64,000 nucleotides of DNA from Lophium mytilinum (GCA_010093605.1 MU004184.1:1870801-1934800); one strand, 5' to 3'; counted from the stretch's first letter, positions 25,461 through 38,592 are shown. Notes: generated by a model from the letters alone, not told the origin. Numbers and translations are program-made.

Positions 25461-27377
25461 TCAGTGATCCTTTTCGGCGCCTTTCTCCCAAAACTTCCTC
25501 GTCATCTCTATCCAATCTCTTCCAATCGTCTCGACTGGTGCTCCCATTTCCCGTTCCACAATCGACCTAATCATATCCTCCTGGTCTTTTTGACTCCCCC
25601 AATTGCGCCCAAGGATGGCTGCATTCCGTGTGCTCGGTATACGCAGCATCTCTTTCTCAACCTCATACCCTGACTCCCCTGTCAACTTCTCAACCCAGGT
25701 GCACAGAGCTGCGTAGGCGGAAGGAGGCTTTGCTCCCTTCGCCAGTTTTGGAACGGCTGCTCGGAACCTAGCACCCGAGAAGTTGTGGCTACAACAAGGT
25801 ATAGCAATGAATGGAGACTGTGAAAGTGAAGCAAGCAGGGGTGCCCATCCTGTCAGCTGATCTGCGTGATTAGCAACTATGAAAGTGCCTGTCGGAAATA
25901 CGCCGTTGTGGAAAGGGGGTTGAGGATCCCAAAGTTTGCTCGATGGCTGGAACATCTCAGGGATCAAGAGAAGCTCTTTCAGATTCGCTTGCACATCTAG
26001 AGTGTATGTATTCCACGACTTTCTTCGTCGGGCGTCGAAGCCCCATCCCTTCCACCCTTCTTTGAGCAGCACATTGACAAGGAGACCGTTGCCGCATCCA
26101 ATATCGATGAAGCCGGGGAACTTGTCCTGTACTTTCGCTTTGAGGTTGTGATCGTAGATAATTCCATCTGATTTCGAGGGAACAGCGAACGGGGATATGG
26201 AGCCATCATCTAGACTGTTCGTACCCAGGCTTGCATCCAACTTGGGGTCATCTCCTGGCTCCTCTGTAGAATCCTTTGGGCTATCCCTACCTCCATACAT
26301 GTCCGTCCAGAGCTCGATTAAAAATGCAGCTATGCCAAGGTCTTCAAACACGTTCTTCGTTGGTGGAGTCTGCTCGACCCAATCTCGGATGAGATCCTTC
26401 GCATACTTGCCCTTGAGATATGTGTATGTATCCTGGAACTTTTTCTGGGGTACCACAACGTCGTGATGAACACGTTTTGTGTAGCCGTTCATTTGGCCTT
26501 GCCCATGTTTGTGCGTAATCTTCAGGAAATTGAGTGCAGTACGTTCCATTCGGGTAGTTATCTCAGTTCCAGGAAAGAGACTGTAGTGGAGAGAGAGATT
26601 CCCAGGAACGGAGCCTGGTGGCATGTTGGTCTTCCAACTGTATAGCGTCGCGACAGCCTCGACAGGCGGGTGATACCAAGGGATGTCGTCCGGACAGCTG
26701 ACATGAGGGGTCCAGATCATTAGATATCGCTCTTCCATGCTCTGGTCTAATGCGATATCATTGTCCGAGCTTGTATGAGCGCTCCCTGGTACCTGTAACG
26801 GTCTAGTAGATGTGAAGAGATGACAGGTTTGGACCAGCGGCTTGTCTAATTGCGGATTTCGCGGTATCATCTTTCGGACTACAGTCGAAGCAAGTTGATA
26901 TCCAGGGATTTCAGTAGCTACCATCCTCGGCCTATAGTCAGCTTTCATATGACGAACAAAGCTACTAAGGCTTTCAGCCGTGGTAGCGGAAGCGTCAAAT
27001 GTAGCATCGTTTTGACTGTCGTAGAAAATCTCTGCTCGAAAAAGATAGGAAGCTGTGACGTTGGGGTTCTTGAGGAGGTTGTTTGCCACGGCAAGGAAAC
27101 AATTTGGTGGAAATGAAGCCGGAGATTCGAGGACTGCCAGCCAAATCTCAGGTGGTAGTCCAAACTCGGTTTTAGGGGATTTATTGGGGAGGTCACGTAG
27201 ATTCCTCGGTTCGAAGCGTTGACTATTGGTCTTTTTTAACGACGGTTCCTCTGACTGCCTACCCATCATCAAAGAGCCATGGAATTCACTTCCGTTTGGC
27301 GACATCGCAGAGTCGGCCATCATACTAGGTTCGACACATGCATCGTGGTGCCTAGAGTCTGAGGTCGGTGAGTCCAT
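25461..27377 (-). CDS. TRM44: tRNA(Ser) Um44 2'-O-methyltransferase
   Basis: YTKRVHHD, VFEDLGIAAFLIELW, SAM motif FIDIGCGNGLLV, GFDARRRKSW, NHADQLT, IPCCSH, LRIPSTRN. Confidence 0.92.
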   Translation of the reverse strand: MDSPTSDSRHHDACVEPSMMADSAMSPNGSEFHGSLMMGRQSEEPSLKKTNSQRFEPRNLRDLPNKSPKTEFGLPPEIWLAVLESPASFPPNCFLAVANNLLKNPNVTASYLFRAEIFYDSQNDATFDASATTAESLSSFVRHMKADYRPRMVATEIPGYQLASTVVRKMIPRNPQLDKPLVQTCHLFTSTRPLQVPGSAHTSSDNDIALDQSMEERYLMIWTPHVSCPDDIPWYHPPVEAVATLYSWKTNMPPGSVPGNLSLHYSLFPGTEITTRMERTALNFLKITHKHGQGQMNGYTKRVHHDVVVPQKKFQDTYTYLKGKYAKDLIRDWVEQTPPTKNVFEDLGIAAFLIELWTDMYGGRDSPKDSTEEPGDDPKLDASLGTNSLDDGSISPFAVPSKSDGIIYDHNLKAKVQDKFPGFIDIGCGNGLLVNVLLKEGWKGWGFDARRRKSWNTYTLDVQANLKELLLIPEMFQPSSKLWDPQPPFHNGVFPTGTFIVANHADQLTGWAPLLASLSQSPFIAIPCCSHNFSGARFRAAVPKLAKGAKPPSAYAALCTWVEKLTGESGYEVEKEMLRIPSTRNAAILGRNWGSQKDQEDMIRSIVEREMGAPVETIGRDWIEMTRKFWEKGAEKDH

Positions 27378-27963
27378 CGTATCTGAAATTCAAATGCCCT
27401 GAGGGGCCAGGGACGAATCTGGCCTAATCGATTCGTGTCAATCCGTAGGTCTGGACAATAATGAATGATCCTAAGAGTGGTTGTTTGAGAACAATTGCTT
27501 GTCGTGGCAGAGTTTGCTGGTGACTGGAGGTGAATCTCGCTTGAGGTTTTTATTTTGTATCGGGACACAAACGTTTTAGTCAGTAAGATGCATGTCACGA
27601 GCTGTTCAGAAACACCATTGGAATATTATTTGCATAACAAGCGCCTCGCAGAGATTTCTGTACAAAGGAAGGGCCTGAAATTTTGTCCTCCTGACAGCGA
27701 TTTCACCTCAGATGGCTATAAGTATCGAGAACTCTCGCCGAATGAGTTTGAAGTCGTGTATGCAAGATATCTATGGCTCCTCTACCCTTCCGCAGCGTTC
27801 ATCAGCCCTTGAAAACGCTTCACCAAGATTGAAATTATGACGCCGTCAATCCTAGCTCCTCAATCCTCAACATGTTTCGATCAGAGGCGTGCCAAGCTTA
27901 AACAAACCCAAACCAGTATCAGAACCAGAACATACAATCAACCCCTAGAAGCTACTAATGAAC

Positions 27964-28591
27964 TCACACATTCGGCTTTGGAGGCTCGTAGTAATGGGCC
28001 ATCTCCAACCCAGCCCTCTTGAATCCGCACTTGACGTAGAATCCCTCGTTCGCTTCGGAGCAATCAAGAATCGTCTGAGACACAGCAGTTAGCATACATC
28101 ACCAGACTCCACCCACCTGGTCAAGCATATTGGCCAGTGCCTCGGGTATGATATGGCAAGTCTGCGGGGCCACGAACCTTATAACACCCAACCTTCTCCG
28201 CAACGAAGTTCAAGGCCTGGATGATCCTCAGCCCTAACTTCTTGCCCTGCTGGTCCTTCGCAACTGCAATATCCTCAATATGCCCCACCATGCCCAGATT
28301 GTGGATAAACTTCCGCTCTGCGACTAGTGCGCCTGTTCCAACTACGCGCTTTTTCTCGTCGACAATGGCGAGGATGAAGTAGGAGTCGGCACGCTTCTCT
28401 ATCCAGCTGTAACGCTCGTCCCATTGTGCTTCTGAGATGTCGCCGACTTGGGTCAGCACGCGTAGGACGTCGAGGAAGCCGTTGGCGTAATCGGTACGCG
28501 TCAGGGGCCGGCAGGTGTAGCCTTCGGGGAGCGCGGCGAGGACGGTGGGGGAGATGAGCTCCGGGGAGAAGAGGAGCGGGGAGTCGCTCAT
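27964..28591 (-). CDS. GNA1: Glucosamine-6-phosphate N-acetyltransferase (GNAT); intron 28075-28177
   Basis: ERKFIHNLGMVGHIEDIAVAKDQQGKKLG..GCYK|TILDCSEANEGFYVKCGF. Confidence 0.95.
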
Positions 28592-29146
28592 TGTGGGAGG
28601 TTTGTTGGAGCTGTGAGTCTTCAAGATCAGAGATTTGTCAATTGTAAAGCAGCGAGGTGTAGAAGGTCTGTCGTTCTCAATCCTTCGTACCTTTGTAGCG
28701 GGGCAATATGTTTGGATTTCGTCGATCGTAAGTAGCTTAGATTTGCGCGGATATGGCGAAATATTGGACGGACGGGCCTCAGTTGAATATATCCAAGTAC
28801 AACTAAGTTTTGGGAGTCTACAGAGAGCTTCAAAAGGTTTTATCTTTACACGTTCACGTCGATTGCTGACGGTGGAGGAGCTGAAACGCCTGCCACACCG
28901 CCAAATTGCAGCCACAGTGGCTGGTGGCACTAATGTACCTAGTACCAGGTACATATCAAGGTAGTTCTAGATTCCTTGCTGAACATCGTCATACTGCGCC
29001 GCTTCGGTGCGAAAAGTTGCTAGATGAGATCCTGTGACCAACGAAGACCGTCTCATTAACTTCTGCCCCGCCAGTTCTCCATCTCTGTTTTCTCTTCATT
29101 CTGGCGGCACTTTCCTGCGTTCCTAGACTTTTGTCTGCTTCCAATC

Positions 29147-30805
29147 ATGTCTTTCATCAGCACTCGCTTCAAATCCTTCTACAATGACAAGACACAGCAG
29201 GTGGTGCTGTTCTCGTCGACCGCCATCGCCCTCTATGGCTACGACCAGGGAATGATGTCGTTGATAAACACTAACTACAACTACCTCCACACCATGGGCA
29301 TCGCGGCCGAATCACCAATCGTTGGTATCATCGTCTCTGTCTACTATCTCGGCTGTGCCGTGGGGGCCGTATTCTTCTCTTGGTGGGCTGACAAGTTCGG
29401 GCGCAAGAAGGCCATCTTCTTCTGCCTTGCTACAGCTTCACTAGGGAACTTGATCATGTTCATCGCTGGCTTGGGATACAGCCCTGGGGCGCGCTCCGTA
29501 ATGCTGCTTGGACGAGTCGTTATGGGTCTCGGCGTTGGCGGAGTGGATTCTGTGATTCCCATCTACAGCTCCGAGTTGACGGAGACCGAGGCTCGGGGCA
29601 AAGCACTTGCACAAGAGTTTCAGTCTAATATCTTCGGATTGCTCATGGCCTTCGGAATTAACATCGGCGTCACCCGGGGACTCGGCAAGGGGAACCAGTG
29701 GGCATGGAGGCTCCCAATCATAATCATGCAGGTGTATCCAATACTGCTCCTGTCCTTTGTCAACCGGCTACCTGAATCGGCTAGGTGGTTTGTTAGAAAG
29801 GACAGGAAGGAAGATGCTAAAAAAGCTTTACAAGATGTGTTCGGGGAGGAAGGGCAGAATAAATACGACGAACTTATTGGGATAAACGAGGACGAAGACG
29901 GTCAGCACGTTACCTACTTGGAGATGATGACTCCCGGCCATCCTCAATTCCATCCTACAATGGTCACAATCATGGGGCAAATCAACCAAGCTTTGACTGG
30001 GTACGGTGCTGTATCAGTGTACGGGCCCCAGATATTCGAGGTAAGATCCAAATAACTTGATAATGAGAACCAGCTCCCAAGTGCCATTACAACGCGGGAT
30101 TCTCAAGCTTTGTTTATCAAAGATACTAACGTGCACCAGCTTCTCTCATTTTCGCCTATCCTGGCTGAGTACTTGACATTGGGTAACTACACCAGCTATT
30201 TCGTCCTCATGTCCTTCGCCTGGCTCCTCATCGACGCTCTTGGACGACGCAAACTTCTAGTCGAAAGCAGCGGGATACTCACAGCTTGCTTCCTCCTCTT
30301 GACCCTCTTTGCCGGCCTCACATCCCACAGCGACCAGCTCCATATCCCCGCCCTCGGTCCCGCCATCGCAGGAACCGTCTCCCTCTTCGTCGCGACCGGC
30401 GCCTTCGGAATCGGCTGGCTTACCACCGTCTGGCTGATCCCAACGGAAGTCTATCCCACTTACGCTCGCGCCCGTGGTACAGCCATCAGTGTCATCGTTT
30501 GGGGAATCGCCAACTTCGGTATCACGCTTCTTACGCCTATCATGTTTAACAACCTCAAGTATTACATCTTCCTCGTGTTTGCGGCTACCAATGCGATTGC
30601 TGGGACGTGGACGTACTTTTACTTGCCTGAGACTGGCGGTCGCACGTTTGAGGAGAACCAGGAGTTCTTTGAGGTCGCTAAAGAGGCGGGCTCGTGGCAA
30701 GTTAGGAAGGTCAAAGGTGGTGCTTATAAGAAGATGCCCTACAAGGGTGAGGCAGACGCGGAGAGGGTGCCGCTGTTGTCTAGGATTGAAGACCAGCTAC
30801 CGTGA
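29147..30805 (+). CDS. MFS sugar porter family transporter; intron 30041-30139
   Basis: YGYDQG, ADKFGRK, PIYSSEL, WAWRLP, LPESARW, IDALGRR, PTEVYPT..RARG, LPETGG. Confidence 0.92.
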
Positions 30806-31540
30806 AGGGCAGGTAGCGATCTTGCTCTTTCTCATGCGAATTCTGCGATGGTATTGAGTCGGTTGCGCGAGAATTCCCTAGATTCGCACTTATTCCCTAG
30901 ATATATGATCGTAGCCCAGACTCAGACCCTTAGACCGACGTAGATGGAGCGTATCTCTTAGATGTACATCATGTTGATTTGTTATAGAGAGTGTATCCTC
31001 TGATTCTTGCAGTGGCAAAAGACACATCTTGTCTTGAGCTTTGACGTTTCCTTGGAGCACTTCATCTAGCGCCATGGCCCGAAGGAAATTCAATTTCTAT
31101 CAACAGTGTCAATTTCACGTCTCACGAACACATGAGTCCAGTATCTGATCGAGAGTTTATGGAACAGTCCGTCTTACCAAATTATCAAAGCGTCCAGCCA
31201 GAGCCGTTTCAGCAGGTCGAAGAAAGGGACAATACTCCACACCCATGAGCCAAAGCTATATATATATATGGCCTGGCCTTACGATGCCAAAGTTGACACC
31301 GCGAAGGCCAGGCAACCTCCTGACCGGTCCCTAACCTGATTTCCAGGCCACTCCTGATAGGGCTATCGAGTGATCAAAAGAGAATGTGAAGCAGTGGTAT
31401 ATTGGTGTGCTGCGACCAAGCGGCGGCAATCCGATCAGCAGATACGGTGGTTTGACAAGGTGAAGAGTATATTAATTTCAATTACGACACATAGCCTCTC
31501 CTACTACAGTTACCACCATCCACCCCCCAATCCTCCTCCT

Positions 31541-32350
31541 TCACAACTCAGATCCAGTCTCAACAGCCCTCACTTCTGCCCCCTTCGCAGCCTCTTTCGG
31601 CCAATAAAAACACATCTCATCAACGACATTCCCTATCTCCCCTTCCGTCCTCGCCCATTCTTTCTTATACCCCAAAGGCCCCCACCACCCATTCCCCGCA
31701 ACGGACGGAAACTCCGTCTCGACACTCTCCTCCAACAACGCAATGTCCACCTCCAAACTGTCCACCTCTCTATACTTTCTCCCAGTCGACCCTAACTGTT
31801 CTTTCCTGTCAAGGTAGCGAGCCGGATCATTCGCCACTCGCCGCGAGAGGCTGTAGCCCAGATACAGCCCCGGGCTACGGGCGATGACTGCGCGACTCAC
31901 TGGTCTATCGAGGTAAGGGCAGAACGCGCCTACAGACGGGCCGATGAGGTCGACGGCGTTGTCGATGACCGTGATGCCCTGCGAGGCTAGGAATTTGATG
32001 TCCAGAGCGCTGAACTTCGGGTCTTGGGCGAAGAGGCGGACAGGTGGGCGGGTGGGTCCGCGAACCGTGGGTTGTTGCGGCTCGGATAGGGTGTGTGCGA
32101 TTTCTATGAAAACGACGAGTTGGGCGAGTCTTGCCTTGGATGGTAGAAGTGCTCGTATGGGCTTGTCTGTTCTATTCTTCCGTGGAAGCTGCTGTGCGGT
32201 GATGAGGCTGCCAAGGCCGAGGACTATCCAGGTGTCGATGGGGGCGGTGCGGTGGTTGAGAATGGCTTTGAGTTCTTTGGATGCTTGTGTGACTTTCCAG
32301 GCGCTTTGGAGGCTTGAGAACTCGAATTTGATTGAAGAAAGGGTGGGCAT
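31541..32350 (-). CDS. Divergent SRR1-like domain protein (start could extend to 32509)
   Basis: IVLGLGSL ... AQL ... FAQDPKFSALDIKFLASQGITVI, a pattern typical of SRR1 domains. Confidence 0.6.
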   Translation of the reverse strand: MPTLSSIKFEFSSLQSAWKVTQASKELKAILNHRTAPIDTWIVLGLGSLITAQQLPRKNRTDKPIRALLPSKARLAQLVVFIEIAHTLSEPQQPTVRGPTRPPVRLFAQDPKFSALDIKFLASQGITVIDNAVDLIGPSVGAFCPYLDRPVSRAVIARSPGLYLGYSLSRRVANDPARYLDRKEQLGSTGRKYREVDSLEVDIALLEESVETEFPSVAGNGWWGPLGYKKEWARTEGEIGNVVDEMCFYWPKEAAKGAEVRAVETGSEL

Positions 32351-32936
32351 CTTTTTGGAGGGATATTCGATGGTGAAGAGAACTGGGTGAGGTTGGGCTT
32401 TTGGAGTAGTAGTGGCACGTCTTGTGAGTGCTGCTATCGCACGGCAAATCGAAAGTGCGGAAGCAAGTAGACAGAACTTCTGCTCTATCTTTGAGGGTTT
32501 TTCCTCCATGCTTGGATGTAATGTGAATGTTTTCCCACCTTGAAGTATGGTATTGGATTTTGAAGGAAAAGGGATAAAGGTGTGAGTTGTGAAGGACTAG
32601 AGTATCATCTTGAGGGGTTTGGGCATATGTGGCCGTTGATGGTCTGGAACCAACATCATGCAAACCGAAGAGTGGGCTAAAATTAGCTTTTGTAAGTACC
32701 TTGAACCCGTGTTGTGGTTGAGCGAAACATCCCTAGTGTTGACTTCTTAAGCCTAGGTAACGCTTAGTAATGATTGGACCAAGGTTCATAGTAGGGTAGA
32801 AAATGACACATATTCAATAATTCGTTTCGTAAATTCAGCTCCAGATATTAAAATTATATATTATATTCGATGATCGACGTAGGCAAAGTGCGTACGTCCT
32901 ATTTACATTTCTCTTCAACGGGTCCAGTCATCCACA

Positions 32937-35446
32937 TCACTTAAAGGTCTGCCAGAAAGCACATCGGAGGGTAGCCGACGGGTCCCTAATATTGCCAGTA
33001 TCGGTGATGTTGAGGTTCCTCTGAGTGCTCGTCAGGCCGTAGACCGGGAAGGACGGTAGGCCAGGCTTGTTTGGGTCTCCGTCCTGCGCAAAGCTCGTCA
33101 GATAGCCTTGTAGCATTTCTGCGAGCGACGTGCTAGCAACCGCTGAGGTGTCGGAGGTGTAGTACGTGTACGGGACATCGACGGTGTGGAATCCTGTGCC
33201 GGCAGAAAAGAGGTACGAGTACGATTTGCGCAATAGCGCAGGGCCGAGAGCTGTTGCCGTGAATTGAGCGTTGCAGGTGAAGGTAAACTCCGAGAGCGCA
33301 AGCCTCAGTCGCTCAAAGGGAGTAGTGTATGGCATCGATCCGGTGTAGATGGCCGGGTACAGAGCGGCCAACTCGAGAAGCTGCACTTGCTTGATCTCTG
33401 GGAAGTACAATTTCATGTACGTAAAGAAAGCAGTGTCATTGGTGGCCGCAGGATCCGTGTAGCGATTCGCCTCATAAGTGTTATGTGCAGTTAAGATCGG
33501 AATGTTCTTGTTGAATCTTCCTTGTGCGACCAGAGTACCTGGGAGATCCGGCACGTAGTCTCCATCTGGTCCTGGACCTATCATGTACATTAGTCTGCTA
33601 TTCCCCAAAGCGAATGAAGCTATTGAAACATACCGAATTGGAAGTTGCCATAGATATCGGCATTCTGGGAGAGCTTATTGGCCACCTGGAGGTCGTAGGT
33701 GCTGAGCTCTTTCAACTCAGCTAGGCTGCTTACTCCAGCAGCATCCAGAAGAATGTTGAAGGAGCCATCTCCTTGAGACTTATAGGGTCTTTGGACAAAT
33801 GCAGGGCTTTGGATGATAGCTTTTTGGATGGGGATTGGATCCTTTGCTCCACCATACGCTGTGATATGGTGCAAGATGGACCCTCCACCGGCCGATTCTC
33901 CGATGGCAGTGACTCGGTCTGGGTCTCCCCCGAAAAGCTCAATGTACTTCTGCACCCAGTCGAAAGCCTTGCGTTGATCGAAGAAACCGGCGTTCGTCCG
34001 GCCTCCACTTGTTTTGAACTTATCGCCCTGAAGGAAACCAAATGCGCCCAGCTAAATGAGACGGTGTTAGTCCACGCACCCAAGGCGAATAGAAAGTAAA
34101 GCATTACGTACCCGGTAGTTCAGACCAATCCAGAGAGCTCCTTCGGCATCCTCAAAGCTACGGTCCAGAAGGCCAATAGGGTTTGTCATTGGCGTCCCCC
34201 ACTTAGCACCAATTTGATACCCACCACCGTGAATCCAAACCATGACAGGGACCTTCTTCCCGGCACATCTATTGTCCCAAGTGGTCTTGGAAACAACCAC
34301 GTCAAGGAAGAGACAGTCTTCACTTTCCGCTTCTCCGGGTGGGGCAGTGACAAGCTTGCTGTTTTGCCAAGGGGTATAGGCTTGGGGACAAATCTTGCCG
34401 TACGATCCGTCTTGGATACCGGCAGATCGGTTGTTGATAGGGTTCTCTGGAGCTTCGAAACGTAGAGAGTCTACGGGAGGTGCAGCATATCTGATGTTGG
34501 AGAAATTGAAATAGGTGTTTCCCGCGGGAGAGTCATATATCTGCCCAGAGTGCAAGGCATACTCGAGGTCTACGATCGGGCTTCCGGTTGCGGTGGCGCA
34601 AGAGTCAAAAGAGGTAGTCGTTGACGAAGAGGCCGCGGAGGACGAAGACACGACAGTCGAAGACGACGTGAATTCCGTAGTGCTGGATTCTGTCGAGACT
34701 GTGAATGAAGCGTAAGATGTCGTCCCATTGGCGCTATTCGAGATAGTCGATGAGGCCGCGGTGATCGTCGAGTTGGCGCTATTAGAGGTCGTCCAGGACA
34801 CCGAGGTCTCGACTGTGGAAGACGAAGCCGATTCGGTCGTCAGAGATGCCGTCGAGGTTGTTGGGATTACCTCGCTGTTGGACGATGAGGTCAGCACGAC
34901 CTCCGCAGATGTGCTTGAGAGCGTTTCCGAGGCAGCAGTCGAGATCGAAGGCGATGTCGATGCGGTCGGGGGTGATGACGGGGAGATTATCGAGCTCTCA
35001 GACGTAGAGACTACTGCCGAAGAGGTTCCAGACGTGGAGGAAGACGAAACCAGAACGGACGACGAGGCGGGAGCATATGTTGACCTCAGAGTCTCTGACT
35101 CCTCGCAAGGAGTAGAGCTAGACAACGAGACGTAGTAAGTTGAGCTTGGCACCTCAGCTGTCTCATTGTAAAGAGTTAAGCTGGACGACGGCGCATAATA
35201 GATAGTACTTGGAGTCTCGGTAGTCTCATTGCAAGGAGTAGAGCTAGACAAAGGAGGATATGCTGCCTTGGAAATCGAGCTGTAAGCTGGAGCCTTGGTC
35301 GAATACGTAAAGATTGGAGTGGTACACGAGCACGTGTAGACAGTCTGAAGAACAACCGATGTGATTGTTCCCGCATAAGAAATTTTATGACAGTAAACGA
35401 TTGACAAAAAGGAAAAGTAGAGCAGGCCAAGACCGAAGGCCATCAT
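32937..35446 (-). CDS. Secreted type-B carboxylesterase/lipase with long Ser/Thr-rich N-terminal stalk, three exons
   Basis: Signal peptide; NIRYAAPP..LRF, SEDCLFLDV, WIHGGG, NYR, FGGDPDRVTAIGESAGG nucleophile elbow, candidate triad Glu (NTYEA) and His (FHTVDV). Confidence 0.9.
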
Positions 35447-37159
35447 CCTCGCAGACTTCAGTAAGGAAATCAGGAAAGACTGTTGAGGGAGTGGACGAAA
35501 TCGCGCAAGAAGGATGGTACGGGCTACGCAGGTGGGATGACATCCAACATGTCTTGGTAAAGAGTGTAAATTAAGAATGCACCTGATTCCAGGGCCCTGG
35601 TCTAAGGCGAATACTCCCGACCTGTCGTCGTTGCGCCGACCTTCATCTCCGCAGTGAGGGCTTAGAAGATAGGCAGCCCCGCGGAGCGGTCGGAACAGTA
35701 GGCGTCCATGGTGCCCGCAACCTCAGTCGGGAGCGACAGCCGTGCAGCGGAGAGAGAGCTTTGATCGTACAGGATCCCGTCCGATGTCCCATTTTCAACC
35801 CTGTCAGGAACGGACAGGGCTTCGCCGTATGGTCAACAGGGGCCGCGGTGAGGATCAGGGATGAAAATCATCTGGAATCAACCGCAAAACTGGTCAACTG
35901 CCGGGACCTGGCCCGTCGCTGCGGCCGTCGCATGCTACGTACCTACCGGTATCATGCCATCAATATGGGGACAAAATTGGAGCTCCGCGAATATACTTAG
36001 GCCCATGAAGATGACGAAGGCGCAAGTCTACCTTCTCGTGCTTCTGCTTTCTACACGAGTGGACGACTGGGTGTGCTTACGTTTCCTGAGTGCCGAGAAA
36101 GAGGCGCGGAATGGCTGAGGCACCATTTTCCGTCTTCTCTGTATAAATTAGTGGATGTCGAGCCGATAACATGGTGTTGCAACGGGGACTGGGTGCAGAC
36201 TTGGAGTGGGAAAAGACAACCCCTTCGCTTAGATCATGCTAACGCCATTAACAGCTTAGCGTGAGGTACTTGGAAGCGAAATAGGAAAGGTACCCATCAG
36301 AGCAATACCCTCTGCAGGTTTCAACATCTTCAAGGGCACAGCTCTCTGCCGTCCTCACCCTGGTATTGAGCAAGTAGGGAATGTCTAGGCGAAGTCCATT
36401 TCTCACTCAAATACGTCCGGACAAGCCTCGGTCTTAGGCCACGTCCTTCTGGGAGTTAATATGTTCTAATCACATACGCAACTCACACGCGTCCATGGCA
36501 AGAGCTAGAACACAAGATGGCGGCCGCTTTACAGCCATCATCTATGTTGAAAGAACGGGATACTGCCTCTGTATGAGGCCTTCAGATTCCACCTGCATCT
36601 TCGGAACCCGGACTCCCGTCTTGGCTGCCCAGCGGCCGTTGCTACGGCACGAACGGTACTGCAGGGTTTCCGGACTGCGGACCGCAGTCTGCAAGGGGGC
36701 GTTTGCCCTAATCCATGCCTTAGATCCTCTCAGTTCAGATTCTCCGTGGACTATGAAGGGCCTTGTTACTGGATAGGTCAAGAGATGGCCTGAGGGTCAT
36801 TTTCTGAACTGCTTTGTCGGGTCAAGCTTCCAATTTTTCAGGTCTCAAGAAAACGCCACTCTGCAGCTTGTTTATGTAGGTCGAGGAACAATGGGGACTG
36901 GGGACGAGGGCTCACCCCTCGGGTGACAAGCAACTCAAGGTTCCTGCAGCAGCATCCGTTTGTTGCCGTGCCAGAAGAGCCCGGGAGAGCAGCAGATCGG
37001 AGAGAAGTGATGATGCCCAGGTTGCTGGGTTTTGTTTTCATGAAGACCTATATTATATGGTGTCAACTGCCAATCTTCTCCTGAACAAGTACCGTCGATC
37101 TGACAATCTTTCCTTCATAATTGCTGTTCGATTCACGATCCCCTGGCCGTGCCCTCATC

Positions 37160-38592
37160 ATGGTTCGAACGATCGATGGACACGTCCCCAATTATGTGAA
37201 CCCAGCAACCCGAGTACCTGAGTTTCTCGGCGTGCAGATCTCACTGACAGTGCTTGCCCTGATGTGAGTCTCGCAACGCCTGTGTGAAAAGTGCAAGAGG
37301 GCTGACGAGAAGTGACAGTATTGTAATACTACGAGTCTACACGCGGAAACTCTTGCGAAATGTGTTTGGCATTGAAGACTGGCTTACTATTCTGGCGGTG
37401 GTATGTGTTCCCCAAATTACGAGTCGGCAACGCACCGTTGACATGCGAATGATTCCAGTTCCTTCTCTGCGTTGCCACAATATGCTCTGGCTTAGGTGTA
37501 ATGGGCGGAACCGGACTGCACTATTACGACCTCCCGAAGACTGTGAATAAGCGGCTCGCTGCGTCGGTAAGACTAGACGACACTGAATGGAATCTGGTGA
37601 TAGAGATAAGACTCACTAACGATTACCCCTATTAGGCTTCATACGTAAATCAAGTATTGTACCAACCAGTGCTATGCTTGACAAAAGTCTCCATCTCGAT
37701 GTTTTACATAACGACCTTCGGCGTCAAAGTCCGGCGACCTTGCCAGGTCATCATAGGAGTGTCCATCTTATTCGTGATCGCTTGCACAGTTGTCGAGTTT
37801 ACTCAGTGTCGACCTACATATATGCTCTGGACGGGGACACGGCCCGAGGGATACAAATGCATCAACCAGCCCATGTTCTTCAAGGTGACCGGCTTCGTCA
37901 GCCTTGCCATTGATCTTGCCATCTTCATAGTCCCGCTTCCTGTGGTCTGGAACCTGCAAGCGCCTACCAGGACACGACTTGCGCTGATCCTCATCTTCAG
38001 CGTTGGACTGGTGTCAATGGGAGCTGAAGTCGCGCGGCTGGTAATCTGGTTCCACAAAAACGACGGCAACAGGCAGAACCCTGACTCAACCTGTAAGTTC
38101 CGCTCCACTCCATGATAGAACAGCTCTCCCCACCGTCGAGCAGCTTTTCTAAGATTAGCCCCTGCCTCCGCAATCCTCCAAACCCACCACTCACCAAAAA
38201 TCCCAGGGAACCGCGTCGACATCGTCGACTGGTCCTGCATCGAGCAAGCCACAGGCATCATCTGCGCCTCCCTCCCCCACCTCAAAGCCTTCTTTGCCAA
38301 ATTCGTGCCCGGCCTCGTCGACAGCCTCATCCACTCCTCCAAAGGCGGCTCCGGCGTGCTCGGCTCCGGCAAGAAGAGCAGCACCAACATCTCCTCCCAC
38401 ATCATCTCCTCCCCGAACCCCAAAGACTTCAAGATCGGCGACGCGACCAGCACGCCCAGCAGCCATCGATTCAGCCAACTCAAAGACGACAATTCAGAGG
38501 AGTACATGCTGGATACGATGGTGGGGCCGAGCACGCGAGAGAAGAAGACGTCGGCGATTGTACGCACGTCGGAGTGGAGTGTGGATCGTTGA
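37160..38592 (+). CDS. PTH11-like integral membrane protein (fungal rhodopsin-domain, CFEM-less GPCR-like), multi-exon
   Basis: LRVYTR..FGIEDWL, G.GLH.YD, LTKVSI..FY, FTQCRP, DLAIFIVPLPVVWNLQ, WSCIEQATGIICASLP. Confidence 0.88.

Noticed and set aside
28592..28954. N-terminal extension of GNA1 in the ORF track
   Set aside because: Recognisable GNA1 sequence starts at MSDSPLLF (28591, CACAATG context); the extension looks like promoter/UTR read-through, though I cannot strictly exclude it.
35500..37100. Several short ORFs between the esterase and PTH11-like gene
   Set aside because: Divergent promoter region; no recognisable product.
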